Shown one piece after another: positions 55,802 through 64,000 of a stretch of 64,000 nucleotides of DNA (position 1 is the first letter of the stretch; each line of letters opens with the position of its first letter). The stretch lies in assembly GCF_009931435.1 (NCBI RefSeq), contig NZ_CP043414.1. One strand, given 5' to 3'. The position numbers and the translations under genes are program-made. The notes below the pieces were generated by a model. It ran no database searches. It was not told where the DNA came from and worked only from the letters and a program-made list of their open reading frames with translations. The stretch is from Escherichia coli. GTDB taxonomy: Bacteria > Pseudomonadota > Gammaproteobacteria > Enterobacterales > Enterobacteriaceae.

Positions 55802-57661
55802 ATGAGCAAAGGAACGACCAGCCAGGATGCCCCGTTCGGGACATTATTGGGCTACGCCCCAGGTGGGGTAGCAATCTACTCTTCAGATTACAGTTCTCTC
55901 GATCCGCAGGAATACGAAGATGACGCCGTATTCCGTAGCTATATCGACGACGAATATATGGGCCACAAATGGCAATGCGTTGAATTTGCTCGCCGTTTTC
56001 TCTTTCTGAATTACGGTGTGGTCTTCACTGACGTGGGTATGGCGTGGGAGATTTTCTCGCTGCGCTTCCTGCGTGAAGTGGTTAATGACAACATCCTGCC
56101 ATTGCAGGCATTTCCTAACGGCTCGCCGCGTGCGCCGGTCGCGGGTGCGCTTCTTATCTGGGATAAAGGCGGTGAATTTAAAGACACTGGCCATGTCGCC
56201 ATCATTACCCAATTGCATGGCAACAAAGTCCGTATTGCGGAACAGAACGTGATTCATTCCCCGTTACCGCAAGGGCAACAGTGGACACGCGAGCTGGAGA
56301 TGGTGGTCGAAAACGGCTGCTATACCCTTAAAGACACGTTTGATGACACCACCATTCTGGGCTGGATGATCCAGACGGAAGATACCGACTACAGCTTACC
56401 GCAGCCGGAAATTGCAGGCGAGCTGCTGAAAATCAGCGGAGCGCGTCTGGAAAACAAAGGCCAATTTGATGGTAAATGGCTGGATGAAAAAGATCCGCTG
56501 CAAAACGCCTACGTGCAGGCGAACGGTCAAGTGATCAATCAGGATCCGTATCATTTTTACACCATTACCGAGAGTGCCGAACAGGAGCTGATTAAAGCCA
56601 CCAACGAGCTGCACTTGATGTATCTTCACGCTACCGACAAGGTGCTAAAAGATGACAATCTGCTGGCGCTGTTCGACATTCCGAAAATCCTCTGGCCGCG
56701 TTTGCGCCTCTCCTGGCAGCGTCGCCGTCACCATATGATCACCGGTCGTATGGATTTCTGCATGGACGAACGTGGCCTGAAGGTCTACGAATACAACGCC
56801 GATTCCGCCTCCTGTCATACCGAAGCGGGCTTGATCCTCGAACGTTGGGCGGAGCAGGGCTATAAAGGCAACGGCTTCAATCCTGCGGAAGGGCTGATTA
56901 ACGAACTGGCTGGTGCCTGGAAACACAGTCGTGCACGTCCGTTTGTCCATATCATGCAGGACAAAGATATCGAGGAAAACTATCACGCGCAGTTTATGGA
57001 GCAGGCGCTGCACCAGGCGGGCTTTGAAACGCGTATCTTGCGTGGGTTGGATGAACTGGGCTGGGATGCTGCCGGGCAACTGATTGATGGGGAAGGGCGA
57101 CTGGTTAACTGCGTGTGGAAAACCTGGGCGTGGGAAACCGCGTTTGATCAGATTCGTGAAGTTAGCGACCGTGAGTTTGCTGCGGTGCCGATCCGTACCG
57201 GTCATCCGCAAAATGAAGTGCGTTTAATTGACGTATTGCTGCGCCCGGAAGTGCTGGTCTTTGAGCCGCTGTGGACGGTGATCCCCGGCAACAAAGCGAT
57301 TCTGCCGATCCTCTGGTCGCTGTTCCCGCACCATCGTTACCTACTGGATACCGATTTCACTGTTAATGATGAACTGGTAAAAACAGGTTACGCAGTGAAA
57401 CCGATCGCCGGTCGCTGTGGCAGTAACATCGACCTCGTCAGCCATCATGAAGAGGTGCTGGACAAAACCAGCGGTAAATTTGCCGAGCAGAAAAACATTT
57501 ACCAGCAACTGTGGTGCTTGCCGAAAGTGGACGGTAAATACATCCAGGTATGTACTTTCACCGTTGGCGGCAACTACGGTGGGACGTGTTTGCGCGGTGA
57601 TGAATCACTGGTCATCAAAAAAGAGAGTGATATTGAACCGTTAATTGTCGTGAAAGAGTAA
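55802..57661 (+). CDS. gss: Bifunctional glutathionylspermidine synthetase/amidase, 619 aa
   Basis: ORF track frame; start at ATG 55802 (MSKGTTSQDAPF); CHAP amidase N-domain and synthetase C-domain. Confidence 0.9.
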   Translation: MSKGTTSQDAPFGTLLGYAPGGVAIYSSDYSSLDPQEYEDDAVFRSYIDDEYMGHKWQCVEFARRFLFLNYGVVFTDVGMAWEIFSLRFLREVVNDNILPLQAFPNGSPRAPVAGALLIWDKGGEFKDTGHVAIITQLHGNKVRIAEQNVIHSPLPQGQQWTRELEMVVENGCYTLKDTFDDTTILGWMIQTEDTDYSLPQPEIAGELLKISGARLENKGQFDGKWLDEKDPLQNAYVQANGQVINQDPYHFYTITESAEQELIKATNELHLMYLHATDKVLKDDNLLALFDIPKILWPRLRLSWQRRRHHMITGRMDFCMDERGLKVYEYNADSASCHTEAGLILERWAEQGYKGNGFNPAEGLINELAGAWKHSRARPFVHIMQDKDIEENYHAQFMEQALHQAGFETRILRGLDELGWDAAGQLIDGEGRLVNCVWKTWAWETAFDQIREVSDREFAAVPIRTGHPQNEVRLIDVLLRPEVLVFEPLWTVIPGNKAILPILWSLFPHHRYLLDTDFTVNDELVKTGYAVKPIAGRCGSNIDLVSHHEEVLDKTSGKFAEQKNIYQQLWCLPKVDGKYIQVCTFTVGGNYGGTCLRGDESLVIKKESDIEPLIVVKE

Positions 57662-57676
57662 TAGATGTTGTAGCAA

Positions 57677-57711
57677 CCCCGTACTGATTATGAAGAATAA
57701 TCAGTGCGGGG
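57677..57711 (+). terminator. Hairpin downstream of gss
   Basis: ccccgtactgattatgaagaataatcagtgcgggg long inverted repeat; weak U-tract. Confidence 0.5.
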
Positions 57712-57952
57712 ATTAATCAAAATATTCAATATTTATATATTTCAATGTCTATTCATTTTATATGTGAATATATTAACCAGCAGAATACCTGTGTTCTAAT
57801 TATTTTTAAATATTTTGAATGAATGCTTATTGTTTGATACCCAAGAAATAACTCTCTTTTTATCGTTAAAAGATGATATTTCACTTTGCCCGCGCCGTGA
57901 AAGTCACTGATAATGCGTTCGTTCGTAAATTCAAAATGGCGTAATCTAATAT

Positions 57953-59452
57953 ATGCTAAATTTATTTGTTGGCCTTGATATATACACAGGGCTTTTGTTA
58001 TTACTTGCTCTGGCATTTGTGTTGTTCTACGAAGCAATCAATGGTTTTCATGACACGGCGAATGCGGTGGCAACCGTTATTTATACTCGTGCCATGCAGC
58101 CACAGCTTGCCGTGGTGATGGCGGCATTTTTTAACTTTTTTGGCGTATTGCTAGGCGGACTTAGCGTTGCCTATGCCATTGTCCATATGTTGCCAACCGA
58201 TTTGTTGCTGAATATGGGGTCAACTCACGGCCTGGCGATGGTCTTTTCCATGCTGCTGGCGGCGATTATCTGGAACCTGGGAACGTGGTTCTTTGGTTTA
58301 CCGGCCTCCAGTTCGCATACCTTGATTGGTGCGATTATCGGCATCGGTTTAACCAACGCGCTTTTAACCGGCTCATCGGTGATGGATGCGTTAAACCTGC
58401 GTGAAGTGACCAAAATTTTCTCCTCGCTGATTGTTTCCCCTATCGTCGGCCTGGTCATTGCGGGAGGCCTGATATTCCTGCTGCGCCGCTACTGGAGCGG
58501 GACGAAAAAGCGTGACCGTATTCACCGCATTCCGGAAGATCGCAAAAAGAAAAAAGGCAAACGTAAGCCACCATTCTGGACGCGTATTGCGCTGATTGTT
58601 TCCGCTGCGGGCGTGGCGTTTTCGCACGGCGCGAACGACGGACAGAAAGGGATCGGCTTGGTGATGCTGGTACTGGTGGGGATTGCTCCTGCTGGTTTCG
58701 TCGTCAATATGAATGCGTCCGGCTATGAAATTACCCGTACCCGCGATGCCGTCACCAACTTTGAACACTATCTGCAACAGCATCCTGAACTGCCGCAGAA
58801 GTTGATTGCGATGGAACCTCCATTGCCTGCGGCATCGACTGATGGCACGCAAGTAACGGAGTTTCATTGTCATCCGGCAAATACCTTTGATGCGATTGCG
58901 CGCGTTAAAACGATGTTGCCAGGTAATATGGAAAGCTACGAACCGTTAAGCGTGAGTCAGCGCAGCCAGCTGCGCCGCATTATGCTGTGCATCTCTGATA
59001 CCTCTGCGAAGCTGGCGAAACTGCCAGGCGTCAGTAAAGAAGATCAGAACCTGTTGAAAAAACTGCGCAGTGATATGTTAAGCACCATTGAGTACGCTCC
59101 GGTGTGGATCATCATGGCGGTAGCACTGGCGCTCGGCATTGGCACCATGATTGGCTGGCGTCGTGTAGCGATGACCATCGGTGAGAAGATTGGTAAGCGC
59201 GGCATGACGTATGCGCAAGGCATGGCGGCACAAATGACGGCGGCAGTGTCTATCGGCCTTGCCAGTTATATTGGGATGCCCGTCTCCACAACGCACGTAC
59301 TCTCATCTGCGGTAGCAGGGACGATGGTGGTGGACGGCGGTGGGTTACAGCGTAAAACGGTAACCAGCATCCTGATGGCGTGGGTGTTTACTTTACCGGC
59401 GGCGATTTTTCTGTCCGGTGGGTTGTACTGGATAGCATTGCAGTTGATTTAA
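57953..59452 (+). CDS. pitB: Low-affinity inorganic phosphate transporter (Pit family)
   Basis: ORF track 499 aa; PiT family; position relative to gss as in K-12. Confidence 0.85.
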   Translation: MLNLFVGLDIYTGLLLLLALAFVLFYEAINGFHDTANAVATVIYTRAMQPQLAVVMAAFFNFFGVLLGGLSVAYAIVHMLPTDLLLNMGSTHGLAMVFSMLLAAIIWNLGTWFFGLPASSSHTLIGAIIGIGLTNALLTGSSVMDALNLREVTKIFSSLIVSPIVGLVIAGGLIFLLRRYWSGTKKRDRIHRIPEDRKKKKGKRKPPFWTRIALIVSAAGVAFSHGANDGQKGIGLVMLVLVGIAPAGFVVNMNASGYEITRTRDAVTNFEHYLQQHPELPQKLIAMEPPLPAASTDGTQVTEFHCHPANTFDAIARVKTMLPGNMESYEPLSVSQRSQLRRIMLCISDTSAKLAKLPGVSKEDQNLLKKLRSDMLSTIEYAPVWIIMAVALALGIGTMIGWRRVAMTIGEKIGKRGMTYAQGMAAQMTAAVSIGLASYIGMPVSTTHVLSSAVAGTMVVDGGGLQRKTVTSILMAWVFTLPAAIFLSGGLYWIALQLI

Positions 59453-59500
59453 CCTTCCTGAAAATGCCCGGTCCTGACGATCGGGCATTTCCATTTTTGA

Positions 59501-60193
59501 CTAGTGATAACCACACGCGGTCATAAAATCCGTAATCGCTTTTTCTGCATCAACCAGCACCTTTTCCAGTGGCTGATTGGCGTCGATATCAACCAGTTGT
59601 GCACCACCAAAGGTTAACTGTGGCGTTATGGCAATCTTTCTCGCCAGCGATTCCCGTTTATGGTCGGGTTTACGCGCGCAGGCAACTTCAAGGTCAACAT
59701 TGAGTTTGATAACCAGATCAGGCTTATGGCTCGCCATCCAGTGAAATGCTTTACGTTCCTGGCTTGCCAGCCATGAGACAAACCGGCCGCCTTCAACGTT
59801 AGGTGGGAACACCGTACCATCGTAAGCGCCAGGAATTTGGTCCTGAGGATAACGATCGGTTAAGACAATCAGCCCGCGACGACGGCAGGCGAGCATATGA
59901 CGAAAGCGTAACAGTCGGCGGGCGACGAAAGCGGTGATCACCAGGGCCGGAACCGGACCCGGCAATTTTTTTGCCGTTTTCACTTCATTTTTTTCAATAG
60001 TCTTGTGCAGAGACTTTCCCATCAACGGTAATTTTGTCACTGCACGACCGACATTTCCGGCCTGTTTTCCTAAATGAACTCTTTCGGCAGCACCATATTT
60101 TTCGACAACGGTAATAAGATGTTCACACACCGTTGACTTGCCTGAACCATCGCTACCAATAACGGCAATTAATGGAGGTGTTATTGACTGCAT
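59501..60193 (-). CDS. yghT: P-loop nucleotide-kinase-like protein YghT
   Basis: ORF track 230 aa; Walker [10 protein letters not shown] and DRYP motif; convergent with pitB. Confidence 0.7.
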   Translation of the reverse strand: MQSITPPLIAVIGSDGSGKSTVCEHLITVVEKYGAAERVHLGKQAGNVGRAVTKLPLMGKSLHKTIEKNEVKTAKKLPGPVPALVITAFVARRLLRFRHMLACRRRGLIVLTDRYPQDQIPGAYDGTVFPPNVEGGRFVSWLASQERKAFHWMASHKPDLVIKLNVDLEVACARKPDHKRESLARKIAITPQLTFGGAQLVDIDANQPLEKVLVDAEKAITDFMTACGYH

Positions 60194-60366
60194 GAATATA
60201 TCCTTAAATTTAAATATCCATCCAAAATATTTATTTGGTTAATATGTTTTTATGAAAGCGTAATTCAGGTCAATGTCACAATTAACCATTGTCACAATAA
60301 GGTTGAACGGATATTCTGAGCACGGACCACGTAATATTCAATACATTATTTGCTGCCGGGTTTTTC

Positions 60367-61080
60367 GTGAATCAACGTAATATGTCAATAATTAATTCCA
60401 CGCCAGTGCGTGTTATTGCCATTGTAGGATGTGATGGTTCAGGTAAATCGACCCTCACGGCAAGCCTGGTAAATGAACTGGCAGCAACAATGCCAACAGA
60501 ACACATTTATCTCGGGCAATCGTCCGGGCGAATTGGCGAATGGATTTCACAGCTCCCTGTTATTGGCGCACCTTTTGGGCGTTATCTGCGAAGTAAAGCG
60601 GCACATGTGCACGAAAAGCCCTCCACACCGCCTGGCAATATTACTGCGCTGGTTATTTATCTGCTTTCCTGCTGGCGGGCGTATAAGTTTCGCAAAATGT
60701 TGTGTAAAAGCCAGCAAGGCTATCTGCTCATCACCGACCGCTACCCGCAGGTTGAAGTGCCGGGTTTTCGCTTTGATGGCCCGCAACTGGCAAAAAACAC
60801 GGGCGGTAACGGCTGGATAAAAATGTTAAGACAGCGCGAGCTCAAACTTTACCAATGGATGGCGTCTTATTTGCCCGTATTGTTGATTCGTCTTGGCATT
60901 GATGAACAAACCGCGTTTGCGCGTAAACCTGACCACCAACTGGCGGCGTTACAGGAAAAAATCGCTGTTACGCCGCAACTGACATTCAATGGCGCAAAGA
61001 TCCTTGAACTGGATGGTCGGCAACCAGCCGATGAAATTCTGCAAGCGTCACTACGCGCAATTCACGCCGCGCTTTCCTGA
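60367..61080 (+). CDS. yghS: P-loop nucleotide-kinase-like protein YghS (paralogue of YghT/YghR)
   Basis: ORF track 237 aa; GCDGSGKST and DRYPQVEVPGFRFDGP motifs. Confidence 0.7.
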   Translation: MNQRNMSIINSTPVRVIAIVGCDGSGKSTLTASLVNELAATMPTEHIYLGQSSGRIGEWISQLPVIGAPFGRYLRSKAAHVHEKPSTPPGNITALVIYLLSCWRAYKFRKMLCKSQQGYLLITDRYPQVEVPGFRFDGPQLAKNTGGNGWIKMLRQRELKLYQWMASYLPVLLIRLGIDEQTAFARKPDHQLAALQEKIAVTPQLTFNGAKILELDGRQPADEILQASLRAIHAALS

Positions 61081-61110
61081 TCACCAAATGGATAGGGGAT
61101 GATTTAACGA

Positions 61111-61869
61111 ATGGATGCACTACAAACACAAACTGTTAATAGTACAACCGCGCCGCAGCCCAACTACATTCCGGGGCTGATTGCGGTGGTCGGGTGTGAT
61201 GGCACCGGTAAATCCACACTGACCACTGACCTGGTGAAATCGCTGCAACAACACTGGCAAACCGAGCGCCGCTATCTGGGGCTGCTCTCCGGCGAAGACG
61301 GCGACAAAATCAAACGGTTGCCGCTCGTTGGCGTCTGGCTGGAACGGCGACTGGCGGCCAAATCCTCGAAAACCCAAAGCATGAAAACCAAATCTCCGGC
61401 GCTATGGGCGGCGGTGATTATGTACTGCTTCTCGCTGCGAAGAATGGCGAATCTACGCAAGGTTCAGCGACTGGCGCAAAGTGGCGTTCTGGTGGTCAGC
61501 GATCGCTTCCCGCAGGCTGAAATTTCGGGCTTTTATTATGACGGACCGGGGATTGGCGTCGAGCGTGCGACCGGGAAAATCAGCATGTTTCTGGCACAGC
61601 GCGAACGGCGTTTATACCAAAAAATGGCGCAATACCGTCCTGAATTAATTATTCGTTTGGGGATTGATATTGATACTGCCATCTCCCGCAAGCCTGACCA
61701 TGACTATGCCGAGCTGCAGGACAAAATCGGTGTCATGTCGACGATTGGCTATAACGGCACAAAAATTCTTGAGATTGATTCCAGAGCGCCCTACAGCGAA
61801 GTGCTGGAACAGGCACAGAAGGCGGTTTCTCTGGTTGCAATCGTTTCTGACCGCCGAAGTTTAACTTAA
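61111..61869 (+). CDS. yghR: P-loop nucleotide-kinase-like protein YghR (paralogue)
   Basis: ORF track 252 aa; GCDGTGKST and DRFPQAEISGFYYDGP motifs. Confidence 0.7.
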   Translation: MDALQTQTVNSTTAPQPNYIPGLIAVVGCDGTGKSTLTTDLVKSLQQHWQTERRYLGLLSGEDGDKIKRLPLVGVWLERRLAAKSSKTQSMKTKSPALWAAVIMYCFSLRRMANLRKVQRLAQSGVLVVSDRFPQAEISGFYYDGPGIGVERATGKISMFLAQRERRLYQKMAQYRPELIIRLGIDIDTAISRKPDHDYAELQDKIGVMSTIGYNGTKILEIDSRAPYSEVLEQAQKAVSLVAIVSDRRSLT

Positions 61870-61914
61870 GGTTGGCGGGATACTTTTTACTATCAACGAT
61901 AAGGTCAGGCTGAA

Positions 61915-63270
61915 TTGGCGGGGTTTAACATCAAACATTGGTTTGCAGATGGCGCGTTTCGCACCATTATTCGCAATAGCGCCTGGTTAGGCTCCAGTAA
62001 TGTCGTGAGCGCTTTGCTGGGTCTGTTGGCGCTCTCGTGTGCCGGTAAAGGGATGACGCCCGCCATGTTTGGCGTACTGGTGATTGTGCAATCGTACGCC
62101 AAGTCGATCAGCGATTTTATTAAGTTTCAGACATGGCAGCTGGTGGTTCAGTACGGAACGCCAGCCTTGACCAATAATAATCCGCAGCAATTTCGCAATG
62201 TCGTCTCATTTTCCTTCTCGTTGGATATCGTCAGCGGCGCGGTGGCGATTGTCGGCGGCATTGCCTTACTCCCTTTTCTTTCCCATTCATTAGGTCTGGA
62301 TGACCAAAGCTTTTGGCTGGCAGCGCTGTATTGCACGCTCATTCCTTCAATGGCTTCCTCCACACCGACCGGCATTCTGCGTGCGGTAGATCGCTTCGAT
62401 TTGATTGCTGTACAGCAGGCGACGAAACCTTTTCTGCGCGCAGCGGGGAGCGTCGTAGCCTGGTATTTTGATTTTGATTTTGGTTTTGCGGGTTTTGTTA
62501 TTGCCTGGTACGCATCGAATCTGGTTGGCGGCACCATGTACTGGTGGTTTGCCGCGCGCGAATTACGCCGCAGAAATATCCATAACGCCTTCAAATTGAA
62601 TTTGTTTGAGTCTGCCCGACACATTAAAGGCGCGTGGAGTTTTGTCTGGTCAACCAACATTGCCCACTCCATCTGGTCGGCACGTAACTCGTGCAGCACA
62701 GTGTTGGTGGGGATCGTGTTAGGACCCGCTGCCGCCGGGTTATTTAAAATCGCCATGACATTCTTCGATGCCGCCGGAACGCCAGCGGGTTTACTGGGCA
62801 AAAGTTTTTACCCAGAGGTGATGCGTTTAGATCCGCGCACCACCAGACCGTGGTTGTTAGGCGTGAAGTCCGGTTTACTGGCGGGCGGAATCGGTATTCT
62901 GGTGGCGCTCGCGGTGTTGATCGTCGGCAAGCCGCTCATTTCGCTGGTGTTTGGCGTTAAGTATCTCGAAGCGTATGACCTGATTCAGGTGATGCTTGGC
63001 GCAATTGTGATTTCGATGCTGGGCTTCCCACAGGAGTCATTGCTATTGATGGCGGGAAAACAGCGCGCTTTTCTCGTGGCGCAAACCATCGCCTCAATCG
63101 GCTACATCGTATTGCTGTTCATGTTCTGTCATCTGTTTGGCGTGCTGGGGGCTGCATTTGCTTACTTCGGTGGGCAATGTCTGGATGTGGTGCTCTCGTT
63201 AATTCCAACCTTAAAGGCATTTTTTCAGCGCCATTCCTTGCTTTATAACGCAGCCGGAGAGAAATCCTGA
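61915..63270 (+). CDS. yghQ: Polytopic inner membrane protein YghQ (flippase/MOP-like)
   Basis: ORF track 451 aa from TTG; many TM helices; actual start codon uncertain. Confidence 0.65.
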   Translation: MAGFNIKHWFADGAFRTIIRNSAWLGSSNVVSALLGLLALSCAGKGMTPAMFGVLVIVQSYAKSISDFIKFQTWQLVVQYGTPALTNNNPQQFRNVVSFSFSLDIVSGAVAIVGGIALLPFLSHSLGLDDQSFWLAALYCTLIPSMASSTPTGILRAVDRFDLIAVQQATKPFLRAAGSVVAWYFDFDFGFAGFVIAWYASNLVGGTMYWWFAARELRRRNIHNAFKLNLFESARHIKGAWSFVWSTNIAHSIWSARNSCSTVLVGIVLGPAAAGLFKIAMTFFDAAGTPAGLLGKSFYPEVMRLDPRTTRPWLLGVKSGLLAGGIGILVALAVLIVGKPLISLVFGVKYLEAYDLIQVMLGAIVISMLGFPQESLLLMAGKQRAFLVAQTIASIGYIVLLFMFCHLFGVLGAAFAYFGGQCLDVVLSLIPTLKAFFQRHSLLYNAAGEKS

Positions 63271-64000
63271 TGATGAGAAAATATTTCCCGCTTGAGGCGA
63301 GCGAGCGTCTATTTATTGCAGTTGAAGAAGATGATGTCGTTGATGCGCAGGTCAGTTTACCGCCGACTATCGCAACAGGTTGTACCACCGAAATCATTCA
63401 TGATAATTACGCGTTATGCCTGCAATTCTGGCTGAATGGCGTTGATCGTCAGGAATTACTGCGTTTAATCCACAAACAAGCCAAAGGCGAGGGGCTTACG
63501 GCTGACGAGCGTAAACAGTTTAAATATATGCGGGCGCGTTATAAGCATCTACGTTTTGCCCAACGGTTGTATTTAAAAAAGCATCAGGCCGGATTTTTAT
63601 TTGGCAAAACGACCGTTTTTCTTGGACGTTTTCAGGACGGCTTTCGTAACGGTAAGAAAAATATTGTGTCGTTTTACGGCAACCTTTTACGGATTTATTT
63701 AAGCTCTCCGGTCTGGTTGTTGGTGAACTATTCATTACGCCATAGCCAGTTAGAAAGCGTAAGCGGTTTTATTGCCTATCGGCAAAAGCAAATGCACCTC
63801 CTGAAAGAGATTATTGCCAAACCACGGCTAACTGGCAGGGAATTTCATGATGTACGAAAAATAATCAGCCAGCAGGTTTCTTATTACGACACCCTAAGAT
63901 CGCTTGATCCTGAAAATAAAGAAGCGTTACAGATTTCCCGCTTCCTCGCCGCCATTAATGGCCTGATGGGGGATAAACACGACGACATGGTGGCGGATGA
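63270..64000 (+). CDS. Conserved hypothetical protein, partial (continues beyond window end)
   Basis: Open frame from ATG 63270 (overlaps yghQ stop in tgATG, SD ggagag) with no stop to position 64000; begins MMRKYFPLEASERLFIAVEEDD. Confidence 0.55.
   Translation, partial: MMRKYFPLEASERLFIAVEEDDVVDAQVSLPPTIATGCTTEIIHDNYALCLQFWLNGVDRQELLRLIHKQAKGEGLTADERKQFKYMRARYKHLRFAQRLYLKKHQAGFLFGKTTVFLGRFQDGFRNGKKNIVSFYGNLLRIYLSSPVWLLVNYSLRHSQLESVSGFIAYRQKQMHLLKEIIAKPRLTGREFHDVRKIISQQVSYYDTLRSLDPENKEALQISRFLAAINGLMGDKHDDMVAD

Overview
This window reads as an Escherichia coli-type chromosomal segment, in reverse orientation relative to the K-12 map, running from yqiK (partial) through ribB, tolC, parE, qseBC, parC, ftsP, yqhD, metC, exbBD, the hyb hydrogenase-2 operon, gss and pitB to the yghTSRQ cluster. 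All calls rest on reading the supplied ORF translations and the DNA by eye against remembered protein families and K-12 gene order; no database search was run. Most genes are conserved core genes whose processed lengths match remembered K-12 lengths. The main accessory feature is a ~7.2 kb iron-uptake-type island between parE and ygiN (14411..21604): a TonB-dependent receptor, a divergent ATPase/permease/permease/binding-protein ABC operon, and an RpiR/SIS-family regulator that appears frameshifted. It resembles the 'fit' locus reported in pathogenic E. coli, so it is strain-variable rather than clearly undescribed. Other departures from K-12: no ygiL-yqiGHI fimbrial operon between glgS and ubiK, no mqsRA toxin-antitoxin pair between ygiV and ygiS, an intact yghX, a tandem pair of Lpp-like lipoproteins, and ATA where the yghA start codon is expected. 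No rRNA, tRNA, CRISPR array, insertion sequence or integrase was seen. I did not find a clearly novel system; the least characterised content is the fit-like island and the yghTSRQ cluster.
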